NCBI GenBank assembly: GCA_004284765.1 | Contig: NQJD01000038.1 | Location: forward strand, 1 to 23,259 | DNA length: 23,259 nucleotides | DNA from: Candidatus Electronema aureum | GTDB lineage: Bacteria; Desulfobacterota; Desulfobulbia; Desulfobulbales; Desulfobulbaceae | Direction of reading: 5' to 3' | In this document: in pieces, positions 1 through 8,129 of the stretch | How positions within the stretch are numbered: the stretch's first letter is position 1 | Layout of the letters: each line of letters opens with the position of its first letter | Notes under the pieces: model-generated | Told to the model about the DNA's origin: nothing | The model's input: the letters and a program-made list of their open reading frames with translations, nothing else | The model's database searches: none | Made by a program: the position numbers and the translations under genes

Positions 1-117
1 TCAACAATGCTGAAAGACCGGTCGCCGTCGTTTGACCGAAGGAACTAATGAGATACTCGCTGTATAAATCAAGCAGGTTCTTTTTTGTCATGCAGGTATC
101 TTACGCCATCTGGGTGC
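1..117 (-). mobile_element. IS end proximal to the transposase start. It holds the 5' part of a DDE transposase gene (IS4-family-like N-terminus) that reads out of the left edge of the window.
   Basis: ATG at 91 on the minus strand gives MTKKNLLDLYSEYLISSFGQTTATGLSALL. From memory this resembles the conserved N-terminus of IS4-type transposases (DYLISSFGxTTATGLS). The terminal repeat CTCACCTTACGCA (reverse complement of 105-117) matches 23135-23147. Confidence 0.7.
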
Positions 118-714
118 GTAAGGTGAGTTATCCAAATAATTGTAGAACTCATTCAGTTGAGAAAGCAATCCACTTAACAGGTATCTATTAAGTGGGTTTT
201 CATTTGAAAGCCGATCTATAGTTTTTCCCTCATTTGCCAAACGAGGAATGAATTTTGATTTATTCACCACAAATATTTTCCTTTCAGGAAACTTTTTATT
301 TAATCCTTTTTTCAGATCATCCACATCTTTTTTGTCTGTGTTATTTATGAGGATCACCACATTTTCATTTAATCCTTTTAGAGTGTTCACCGTCTTAATG
401 CAGGGCATTAAATCCGCCATAGATTGGTAGAAAAGAGGCACAACCAACACATCACAAATCTTGGCAATGCTCTCTATTCTCTCATCCACCCAGCCCCCGA
501 AGTCAAACACCACATCCAGATCAACGGGCAAATTAAGGCTGTCCTCGTTCCTAATGATATGCAATTGGTCTTCTGGGAAAATATCCTTGTAAATCTCAAC
601 TGTTCCGCTCTCGTAGTCGTTGGTGAAGTACAAAGCCCCCCTATGTTTGGCATAGCTTATGGCATGAGTGGTTTTTCCCTGCCCGCCTTTGGACGAATAA
701 AACAATATTTTCAT
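88..714 (-). CDS. parA: ParA/Soj-type partition ATPase. Its 3' end is replaced by IS-derived codons.
   Basis: Deviant Walker A motif SSKGGQGKTT near the N-terminus. AGGAAG Shine-Dalgarno sequence upstream of the ATG at 714. The last ~13 residues (NSPYAPRWRKIPA) are read from the IS end. With the IS removed the frame reads NYLDKF then TAA (23120-23122). Confidence 0.9.
   Translation of the reverse strand: MKILFYSSKGGQGKTTHAISYAKHRGALYFTNDYESGTVEIYKDIFPEDQLHIIRNEDSLNLPVDLDVVFDFGGWVDERIESIAKICDVLVVPLFYQSMADLMPCIKTVNTLKGLNENVVILINNTDKKDVDDLKKGLNKKFPERKIFVVNKSKFIPRLANEGKTIDRLSNENPLNRYLLSGLLSQLNEFYNYLDNSPYAPRWRKIPA
118..125. repeat. Target-site duplication copy TTATCCAA
   Basis: The same 8-mer lies at 23127-23134, directly abutting the other IS terminus. 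Confidence 0.7.
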
Positions 715-774
715 AATTTCTTCCTGATGAATTATTTAGTTAAGTATATCTTTTTTCTATAAAAAAGCAAGTAT

Positions 775-940
775 TTCTGTGCTTAAAACACTAAATGCTT
801 TTGACACTAAAACATTTAGTGTTTTAAGTCTAAAGTGTTTTAGCTACTTTAGCATTCTGTGCTTTTAGCACTTAGTGCTAAAATGCTAAAAGCATTGAAA
901 CACAAAAGGCTTAAAGCACTAAATGCTTTAAGCCTTTTGT
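775..940. promoter_or_regulatory. Centromere/operator-like cluster of palindromes upstream of parA
   Basis: Perfect inverted repeats at 782-797/813-828 (16 bp) and 904-918/924-938 (15 bp). Palindromes at 863-883 and 882-896. All are built from the CACTAAA/TTTAGTG and GCTTWAA/TTWAAGC units. Confidence 0.6.
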
Positions 941-966
941 TCTGGAAAGTAAATGCGAATAGCCGT

Positions 967-1294
967 TTATCTTTTATTAAATTCTATATCTTCAACAAAT
1001 CTTATCTTCTGTTTTTTATCTTCAGTGTAGCACACAAATTTTAGTACAACGACTGTTGTTAGGTAGTTATTTCTCGGTTTTCTTTTTGGCAAAACTGTAG
1101 GTAATGAAAGATTTTTGTTTAACTCTATATGAATTTCATTCTTTAGTCCGTATGATTTATTTATAATTTTCTCTTATTGTTCAAGCATTCTCAATTCAGC
1201 AGTCTGTAAATAAATCAATGGACACCCAGAAATAAGAACCTACAAAATTTCTAATTTTGTAAGAAGCTGTATCAATTATGTTTACTCTAAACAT
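967..1294 (-). pseudogene. Possible frameshifted small gene of unknown family, perhaps the toxin of a degenerate TA pair
   Basis: ATG at 1294 opens a 45-codon frame with two in-frame TGA that ends at TAA (1157). A second frame with no TAA/TAG runs 1173 to 967. The two overlap at an A-rich stretch, which is consistent with a 1-nt frameshift. Confidence 0.3.
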
Positions 1295-1442
1295 ATTGCT
1301 CTTGTTCTAATTCGGTATTTTTATTCCCTTGTTTTTCCATAAGCAATTTAATAAATCCATCTGCATCTTCTACTGTTTGTTTATAAGCAATATCTAATGC
1401 CTCTTCCATTGTGTAGCATTTCTCTCAGTTGCGAATTATCAT
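1287..1442 (-). CDS. Small hypothetical protein (51 aa under code 25), antitoxin-like by position
   Basis: ATG at 1442, one in-frame TGA (1425-1427), stop TAG at 1287-1289. There is an 8-nt ATGTTTAG overlap with the downstream ORF, as is typical of TA operons. No family recognised. Confidence 0.3.
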
Positions 1443-1700
1443 AATATTTTAATTAAATACCAAATTACAGTAACTATAATAATTTTTCATATAAAAGCAA
1501 AAATATATTATACAACATTATAAAAAATATAATAGCTTGAAATAGCGAAACTTGACATTGAAAAAGAATGCTAAATTTTTCTAAAATTTATAAAACGGCT
1601 TTGTAAAGCTATAAACAACCATTTCATCACACCACATAAGAAGTATTATGTGAAGTAGTAAAAAAGTATAAAATATTGATAGAATATATTTGATAATGAT

Positions 1701-1997
1701 TTAAAAATCACCAAAAAATAATTTTTCTCTATCCTGCCTTTCATCCCATACCCTTAAAACTTCAATTACTTCACCTCTGATTAAGTAAATAAAAGAAAAT
1801 GGTGTTTTATGTATAGAAAATTCCATGATATTATTATCTTGAATAAGATGCCCTATATAAGGATTGTTTTTTATTAAACCTTTTGTGCTATGAAATTGTT
1901 TTTGAGCCTTCTCCAATCACTGAGGAAAAATACTTTCATAATAATACCTGAACCATTTTAAATCATTTAACGAGCTTACTAAAAACCTTATCTGCAT
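1701..1997 (-). CDS. parE: ParE/RelE-family toxin (98 aa when TGA is read as Gly)
   Basis: The track shows only the C-terminal 71 aa. Extending upstream through TGA at 1917-1919 reaches the ATG at 1997 and gives MQIRFLVSSLNDLKWFRYYYESIFPQ-G-LEKAQ...FSFIYLIRGEVIEVLRVWDERQD, a ParE-like pattern. It starts 3 nt after the antitoxin stop. Confidence 0.8.
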
Positions 1998-2000
1998 AAT

Positions 2001-2288
2001 CTATTTAGTGTTAGGAAATATATCTGGTTCAGGTGTAGGAAGTTCTTTTTTATTTCCCCATGAATCAACCCAAGTATTTACAATTTCTTCAGAGATAAAT
2101 ATTCCTTTTTCAGCCTCTTCAATAGCCTTTCTCTTCGCTGTTTTAGCCTGCAAAAAACTCTTAATTGCTTGATTGGCAAGATAGGATGGTGAGCGATCAT
2201 TTCTTTTGGCTTCCTGTTCAAGTAGTGCCTTGGTACTTGGATCAAGTCTAAGAGAAAACGGAACAGTAGCAATAGTATTCATATTCAT
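2001..2288 (-). CDS. Ribbon-helix-helix (CopG-family) antitoxin paired with ParE
   Basis: MNMNTIATVPFSLRLDPSTKALLEQEAKRNDRSPSYLANQAIKSFL is an RHH fold pattern. The start at 2288 is preferred over 2342 because a perfect palindrome operator lies at 2293-2330. Stop is TAG. Confidence 0.8.
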   Translation of the reverse strand: MNMNTIATVPFSLRLDPSTKALLEQEAKRNDRSPSYLANQAIKSFLQAKTAKRKAIEEAEKGIFISEEIVNTWVDSWGNKKELPTPEPDIFPNTK

Positions 2289-2292
2289 AAAG

Positions 2293-2330
2293 TTAAAAAG
2301 TATACAATGTGCACATTGTATACTTTTTAA
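2293..2330. promoter_or_regulatory. 38-bp perfect palindrome, likely autoregulatory operator of the RHH antitoxin operon
   Basis: TTAAAAAGTATACAATGTG|CACATTGTATACTTTTTAA, centred between 2311 and 2312 and immediately upstream of the antitoxin start. Confidence 0.7.
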
Positions 2331-2420
2331 AACATCTGTCAAATTATCATATAAAAATCAATAAGAAGTACTTATTAGTAAAAAATACTAATAATATAAT
2401 ATTTGTTATGTGATGTATTC

Positions 2421-3683
2421 TTAGAATAATGTCTTGATGCTATCCTGTACCTTAAAATTTATTTCATTTTCAGTTAGTACCTTGTCTCTGCTGAATAAAT
2501 AAAATTCTAAAAATGTATCGGTAAATCAATTTATTTTTATTTTCTTAAAAATAGATTTTCAAATACTTGTTGAATTCAAATGCTGTATAAAATCATATTC
2601 CAAAATCTTTTTTCTATCCTCTGAAAGACTGCTGTACTTTGTTTTGAACAGATCTTTTAAGTATAATTCAAATTTCTTTTTCCTTTCGCTTTCCTCCTGC
2701 TCTATCCTCTCCTTTTCTTTCTCTAACTCCTTTTTTGATTTAAGCAATTCCTTGTTAGGCAAGTTTCAAGCATAATTATTATTTATAGCCTTTATTAAGA
2801 AAGATGAAGGATTATTTTTATTTCTTATCTTTCAATTATCAAGCTCGTTTTTGAAATACTTGTAATTGTTTTGAATAATGTTTATTCAATAGCTCTCTAT
2901 GAGTTCGTCAATTGTCTCGTTTGGAATCCACTGCAACAGTTCAGACATAAACGGACAAGCAATTTTCCCCATCCCCTCATTATTTTTTCATTCAAAAGTT
3001 TTTATGATAAATTCAATAGAATGCACCTTATTTTTATCTTTCATTTCTTTATATTCAAAAAAGAATTTTTTATGCTTAGATTCTAGTTCAACCTTTGCTG
3101 GTTCAAGAACCCTTGCCTTGAAATTTGAAAACAATTTATATTGATCCTCTTCAAGATTTAATAATCATCTTAGGAAATCAAGTGTAAAAATAAAATTATT
3201 CTTTTTATATTTTCTGTAATTTGCAAGCAATAATTGAAAAATCCTTATTGTATATGCACTCCTAAACCTTATAGCAATTGAAAAATCATAAGACAGGAAA
3301 TTATTTTTTAGATTTAACAAATATGGCTTTAGCTTAGGGTCAATTGATAATTCAACATATCATTCATTTTTAAAATATTCAGCAGAAGAAAGCCAGTTTA
3401 TTTGCAAATCCCTTTCAGGAGAAGTGAATGTTATTCACCTTCTTATAAGATTTCCAGTTATTATTTGAACCTCTTTGTAGAATTTCTTGTTTTTAATATC
3501 TAAAATATCTAGTAAATCTTTTATCTTCAGCTTATAAACTTTGAAATCTGTATCAGTTGGCTGGATTAATGATATTAAGCATAACATTATTTTTTGCTCG
3601 TTCAATGATAACTTGTATTGTGCTATAACCAAATCGTTTGACTGTGTTACCTTGTTGTTTATGTCTAATTTATCAAAAAACAT
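2421..3683 (-). CDS. Rep_3/RepB-family replication initiator Rep1 (420 aa under code 25, nine in-frame TGA)
   Basis: The N-terminal sequence SNDLVIAQYKLSLNEQKIMLCLISLI is a Rep_3 signature. I translated the frame by hand from 3683 to TAA at 2421-2423. It has no TAA/TAG but has TGA at 3435-3437, 3360-3362, 3165-3167, 2559-2561, 2526-2528 and four more sites. The read-through text continues the family pattern (G-YVELSIDPKLKPYLLNLKNNFLSYDFSIAIRFRSAYTIRIFQLL). Confidence 0.85.
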
Positions 3684-3815
3684 AGTATGTTTTATTATGT
3701 TCTAATACAACAGAAATTGTATTTGCAATAATATTTAAGTCAAATTTTTAGGTATGAAAATGTTGCTTTTCTTTTTTATATAAAAATATAATGTAACTAA
3801 TACATCGTAATCAAT

Positions 3816-3930
3816 CTGTAATAGTTAGGTAGGATTATGTAATAGTTTCGTAAGGAAAAAGTAATAGGTCGGTAGGATTATGTAATAGCTCTGTAAGGAT
3901 TATGTAATAGTTAGGTAGGATTATGTAATA
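3816..3930. repeat. Iteron array for Rep1
   Basis: GGATTATGTAATA occurs at 3832, 3875, 3897 and 3918 (spacings 43, 22 and 21 bp), with partial GTAATAG copies at 3819 and 3861. The array is ~130 bp upstream of the Rep1 start. Confidence 0.8.
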
Positions 3931-4003
3931 ATTGACTGTAAAAAACGGCTTATTAAAGCTGAAAAATAAGGTCTCTAAACATATAAAACAAGTAAAACAT
4001 TAT

Positions 4004-4035
4004 AAAACAACAACGAAAGAAACCGTTGTTGTTTT
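4004..4035 (+). terminator. Rho-independent terminator-like hairpin
   Basis: 12-bp perfect stem AAAACAACAACG/CGTTGTTGTTTT with an 8-nt loop, ending in T residues followed by ATTTAAAATTTTT. Confidence 0.5.
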
Positions 4036-4103
4036 ATTTAAAATTTTTGATTTCTTGTATTTTTTCATATAATAGAGAATATTTAAAAATTAAAATAATA
4101 AAA

Positions 4104-4358
4104 ATGACTAAAATTCATAACATATCAGTTACACTGCCATCACAATTTGAAAATCTTTTATTAAATTGAGTAAAATTAAAAGATGGTAAAGATAAAGAAA
4201 CTTTTTTAAAGGAAGAACTTGAAAGGATGTTGATTGATAAAATAGTAGAAGAGCTTGAAGATTATAATTCTGCTATAGAGGCTCACCATGATTTTATTTC
4301 TTCTTGATGAGAGACTATTTCCTTTAAAGAAATAGAGGAAAAATATAATCTTAAATAA
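4104..4358 (+). CDS. relB: RelB-type (RHH-like) antitoxin, 84 aa under code 25
   Basis: ATG at 4104, in-frame TGA at 4167-4169 and a TGA-TGA pair at 4305-4310, stop TAA at 4356-4358. The C-terminus DFISS-GG-ETISFKEIEEKYNLK resembles RelB-type tails. It lies 2 nt upstream of relE. Confidence 0.7.
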
Positions 4359-4360
4359 AA

Positions 4361-4615
4361 ATGAAGGTAGAATTTACTAAAAATGCTGAAAAAGATATTA
4401 GCAAGTTTGATAAAAATATTCAGCTATTAATTAGGAAAAATATAAAAGAAAAACTGTTGATAAATCCAGAATATTATTTAGTTCCTTTAGTTTGAAATTT
4501 AACAGGTCAGTATAAATTTCGTGTTTGAACCTATAGAATTATTTGTGAAAAGCATTATGACAGGCTTGTTATTCTGGTTGTTAGAATAAAACACAGAAAA
4601 GATGTTTATAAATAG
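4361..4615 (+). CDS. relE: RelE-family mRNA interferase toxin, 84 aa under code 25
   Basis: MKVEFTKNAEKDISKFDKNIQ...PLV-TGA-NLTGQYKFRV-TGA-TYRIICEKHYDRLVILVVRIKHRKDVYK. The two TGA (4493-4495, 4526-4528) sit where RelE families have the conserved Gly (L-x-G and R-x-G-x-YR). Confidence 0.85.
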
Positions 4616-4625
4616 TTTTTTAAAA

Positions 4626-5708
4626 TCAAACCCCAAAAGTTGCCACAGGTATTTTTTCTAAACAAATTTGACATTTTTTTCTATTCCCAGCAATCCCCCT
4701 TTCTCTAACCTTGCAAATCTCTTTTTTCAATTTTTTATTATGCCAACAAGATAATGATTCGTGATATTCTGGCAAACCTTCCTGTATTACATCCAAATTT
4801 ATTTGCTCAATTTCCTTGTTTATTCCCCCAAGCATATATTTAGGCAATAGCCCTTTTTTTTCGTTCCACCTCGCCCTAATTTCGGGCACTTTTTTTATAA
4901 AATGGTTCTCTTTGTTTAATTCACATATCTTTTTTATGTAACTATCTGCAATATTATTTTTTATACCACAAACTAAAAGCATTTTTGATAGAATATTTTC
5001 TGGATTATCTATCTCAATGATATCATCAGTTGGTTTTCTAAATAGGAAAAATTTTAAAGCAACTACAGAATTCCTGTCAATTTCTTTTTCATAACCAACA
5101 TTTAAATCACTTTTTTCGTTAATTTCCTCAATAGCTGGGTCAAGTATTCTCTCTCTAAAAGAATTGAAACGGCTATATTTTTTATCAGCACCAAGATAAG
5201 CTTTTAAAACTTTTATTTCAACATACCAAGAGCAATTTTTTTTCCACCTATTTAAATTTTCATATAATTTCCAAGTATAAGCCGACTTGAATTGATAAAC
5301 ATCAGCTAATCTATAAATAGAAAAACAATCTTTTAATTCAAGTAAATATGGCTGAATGTCTGGGTTAATTCTAAACTCAAATTCCCCCTTTCCTCTCTTA
5401 TAAATAAAACCACTGAACCAGTTCCAAAAATGCCGTTCATTACCCTTATCAAAAACAAGAGGCTTATTATTTAGCTCTAACATAGCATTATAAATGACGG
5501 TATAGGCAACTATCCTCATCCATAGGAAATATTTTACTAAATCCGTAATCTTAGCCGTGAATGTTCTATTTTCAGGCTTCCTACTGTCGTAGTGAGCCAA
5601 GCAATAGGCAATAAGGCGAAGTTCAGGCAGGTCAAACTTCGCTAACTTAGTCACAAGATCGTTTGATTTCGCAACTATTGAATTATGATCAGGTTTTTTA
5701 TTTTTCAT
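4626..5708 (-). CDS. Rep_3/RepB-family replication initiator Rep2 (360 aa) with no in-frame TGA
   Basis: MKNKKPDHNSIVAKSNDLVTKLAKFDLPELRLIAYCLAHY is a Rep_3 N-terminus. The ATG at 5708 is preferred to the track start at 5789. The gene ends TGA (4626-4628), TTT, TAA (4620-4622). The C-terminal tail carries C-x10-C-x13-C-x2-C. Confidence 0.85.
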   Translation of the reverse strand: MKNKKPDHNSIVAKSNDLVTKLAKFDLPELRLIAYCLAHYDSRKPENRTFTAKITDLVKYFLWMRIVAYTVIYNAMLELNNKPLVFDKGNERHFWNWFSGFIYKRGKGEFEFRINPDIQPYLLELKDCFSIYRLADVYQFKSAYTWKLYENLNRWKKNCSWYVEIKVLKAYLGADKKYSRFNSFRERILDPAIEEINEKSDLNVGYEKEIDRNSVVALKFFLFRKPTDDIIEIDNPENILSKMLLVCGIKNNIADSYIKKICELNKENHFIKKVPEIRARWNEKKGLLPKYMLGGINKEIEQINLDVIQEGLPEYHESLSCWHNKKLKKEICKVRERGIAGNRKKCQICLEKIPVATFGV

Positions 5709-5919
5709 ACCAAAAATATACCATTCTAAAAGAACAATTACAATATCTACTTGTTTTTTATGACCGTAAAAATGTTGTCGGCTCTTCAAGTCATTGCATA
5801 ATTTTTAAAATTTAAAATTGATTGCAAGTAAAAACAGTAATTTGAGCTATTCGACAACAATGTAACCTATTTTTTGTCGTATGTGCTTGTGTCGTACTGC
5901 CACATCGTGGCACTTGTTC

Positions 5920-5981
5920 GCAGTAAATTTGTTGTCGGCTCGCAGTAAATTTGTTGTCGTATAGCAGTAAATTTGTTGTCG
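5920..5981. repeat. Iteron array for Rep2
   Basis: GCAGTAAATTTGTTGTCG occurs three times at 5920, 5942 and 5964 (exact 22-bp period). An inverted half-site CGACAACAA and a palindrome GCCACATCGTGGC lie just upstream. Confidence 0.85.
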
Positions 5982-6065
5982 CGGTGTAATTGATCCCCAA
6001 TGAAATCAAGGGGTTTCACGAGCGGAAAAGTATAAATCTTTTTTATCTATATAAAAAAGAAAAAG

Positions 6066-6170
6066 TAAAAGGTGGCGGAGCCACAAAAAGAGCCTTGCGG
6101 CTCACTGGTGGCAAGCCACCTTTCAAATGCTTGGCTTTCGCCTCGATGGAAGCCCATAAAATGGGCTTTT
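6066..6170 (+). other. Cluster of GC-rich hairpins in a non-coding island, possibly a structured RNA or protein-binding sites
   Basis: Hairpins GTGGC-GGA-GCCAC (6072-6084), GAGCC-TTGC-GGCTC (6090-6103) and GGTGGC-AA-GCCACC (6107-6120). An outer pairing AAAGGTGGC/GCCACCTTT is possible. AAGCCCA-TAAAA-TGGGCTT followed by TT then follows. Confidence 0.3.
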
Positions 6171-6601
6171 AGAAAAACAACCCTCCAACAATTTCCCCTT
6201 TCCCTCCCATGCAAGAGTGTTTTTTCCTAGAAAAAGAAAACAAAAGCACCTTGGGGGCAAAACTTCACCTTTGAAACCCCTCTAAAAAGAGATAGAACCA
6301 CCCTCTAAGCTCTCCAAACAAGAAAAACGATAAACCCTACCTTGAGGTTCTATTTTTACAAATACGGGGCAAAAGCAGTGATTCTTGAAGGGGTGAGATA
6401 AAACCACCCTTTGACGGGAAGGAGGGGGGCGGAGAGGCAACTATGAACCATGCTTGAGTGAGGTGCTACCTACACCCCCCAAGAAAGGGGGTAGAATGGT
6501 CTTAAAATCTCTGAAAAAACAAAAAACGACCCAACCTACAGGGGGAGTCGTTCTTTTAACTACGGGGCAAATACACCCCTTCTTGAGGGTGTGTACTATT
6601 T

Positions 6602-6910
6602 TCAGGCTTCTTTCACCAAAAAGTCTTCGATGTTCCCGCCCTTCTCCACCAGTTCTGCAACCCAAACTGGACGGCGACCACGACCAGACCAAGTGTTAGA
6701 GTCCTTCTTGTACTTAATCTTGATTTTTTTCGGTTCCTTCTTGAGGCTCAAAATCTCATCCAGAGACAACCCCGCCTTCTCCGCCAACTCTTGAAACTGC
6801 TTTTTCAGCTCCGCTTTCTTCTCCTTCTGCTTTTGAAGAATTAATTCTTCAATCTCTTTTTGCAAAATAACCAATTCTTCAATTGATTTTTTTTCAAAGT
6901 CTTTGTTCAC
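6602..6910 (-). CDS. hns: H-NS-family nucleoid-associated protein
   Basis: The C-terminal TWSGRGRRPVW matches the H-NS DNA-binding loop motif, and the N-terminus is coiled-coil-like. GTG start at 6910 with AAGGAGA 8 nt upstream. The gene ends TGA (6602-6604), AAA, TAG (6596-6598). Confidence 0.8.
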   Translation of the reverse strand: MNKDFEKKSIEELVILQKEIEELILQKQKEKKAELKKQFQELAEKAGLSLDEILSLKKEPKKIKIKYKKDSNTWSGRGRRPVWVAELVEKGGNIEDFLVKEA

Positions 6911-6912
6911 GG

Positions 6913-7803
6913 CTATTCTCCTTGTTTGTGAGAGTTATTTTTTATACCCCTGATGAAATCATTTAAATCTTTGAAACCAGCATAATAACAATTCTTAGAA
7001 ATGCCTTTCAATCTCAATCAAGTCTCTTTTAAAATTCTATTTTTCGTATTTTCTCCGGCTTTGTCGTTATCAAGATAAAAATGCAGTACCGAAGGATTTA
7101 ATTTTTGAATTTTCTCTATTGCTTTTTCTGTTAAACAAACCGAATTTAAAATGATAATTTGCTCGTTTAAAAACTGCTTTTTAGTATATGTTAGATAGGA
7201 AAGAAAATCAATAAATCATTCAAAAATATAGATTTCTCTGTTCCCCTCTTTTCCTTTGATTGTTGTTATATCTTTCGGGGAGAAACAACCCTTGAAAAGG
7301 TTGTTTCTTATTTCGTATCATCCAGAATCATTTTTGAAACCAATTGCAAAATAATCTTTACTTCCTGCTTTGTAGTAAATTTCAACTAAATAATTTTTAG
7401 CTATAGAAATATTTATTTTTCTTTCCTGTAAATAATTAATAAGAGGAAAATATGACAATGGTTTAATTTCTTTTATTAAAATTTTACTTTTTGGCTCAAT
7501 TTCTTTTTTATCTTTTGTTAATACTTGCCTAAAACCAGTGCTGAAAATACTTTGAAGTTTTTTCAATGCTCCTGAAATATCTGTTTGAAACTGTAAAATT
7601 ACAAGGTCAATGATTGTGCCACCTATACCTTCCCCGTGATCATACCAAACATTCAAAGTTTTATTCACCTTAAAAGAGGCAGTTTTTTCTTTTCTTAAAG
7701 GTGAAAAATACCAAAGTTCATTTTTCTGCACTATTTTTGGAGAAAATCAGAGGAATAATAAATAATCCTCAATAGGGATTTGTTTCGCTTGTTTGAAGTC
7801 CAT
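6913..7803 (-). CDS. Toprim-domain DNA primase of the Bacteroides mobilizable-element type, 296 aa under code 25
   Basis: ATG at 7803, TGA at 7747-7749, 7318-7320, 7216-7218 and 7018-7020, stop TAG at 6913-6915. The translation reads MDFKQAKQIPIEDYLLFL-G-FSPK...ELWYFSPLRKEKTASFKVNKTLNVWYDHGEGIGGTIIDL, then ...REIYIFE-G-FIDFLSYL (Toprim EG motif) and YLDNDKAGE. Confidence 0.8.
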
Positions 7804-7857
7804 TTTTTTTATGAAAATAATCTTTATTTTAACTAAAAAATAGGTTATGCAAATGGA

Positions 7858-8070
7858 TTATTTTTTTCTTTTCACCAGTAACTTTTTTCTTCTATCTTCA
7901 CGGGAAATTCAAGAGAAGAAATTTTGCAAAGTTTTGATACTTCGACGACGAGTTAATAATAATGTGATGCAATTGTAATTTTTGTTTTTCTTGTAAATAT
8001 AGAACTCATCAACACAAGAAAATATTCATACTCTCAAACTTCTCTTTATAATCTGCCGTCCGGTTTCCAT
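7858..8070 (-). CDS. Small basic hypothetical protein (70 aa under code 25)
   Basis: ATG at 8070, two in-frame TGA, stop TAA at 7858-7860. It has 71 codons without TAA/TAG in very AT-rich DNA. No family recognised. Confidence 0.35.
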
Positions 8071-8129
8071 ATTGACTAATAAAAGCCAAAAATTGCATAT
8101 CACATGCTTTATTATTTAATTTATAGTTT

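Noticed and set aside
248-762. Plus-strand ORFs 248-430 and 424-762
   Set aside because: They are antisense to the well-supported parA gene and have no recognisable motifs.
859-1044. ORF 859-1044 (+)
   Set aside because: It runs through the palindrome cluster upstream of parA. Its periodic Leu/Lys/Ala translation simply reflects the DNA repeats.
6066-6124. Possible plasmid-borne tRNA, for example a TGA-decoding tRNA-Gly
   Set aside because: The triple hairpin spans only about 58 nt and has no T-loop GTTCRA motif and no anticodon-loop context. I saw no cloverleaf candidate anywhere in the window. A tRNAscan run would be the proper check.
6441-6794. ORFs 6441-6692 (-), 6454-6699 (+) and 6591-6794 (+)
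   Set aside because: They overlap each other and the H-NS gene in a GC-rich, hairpin-rich segment. The translations are Pro/Gly/Arg-rich and show no family pattern.
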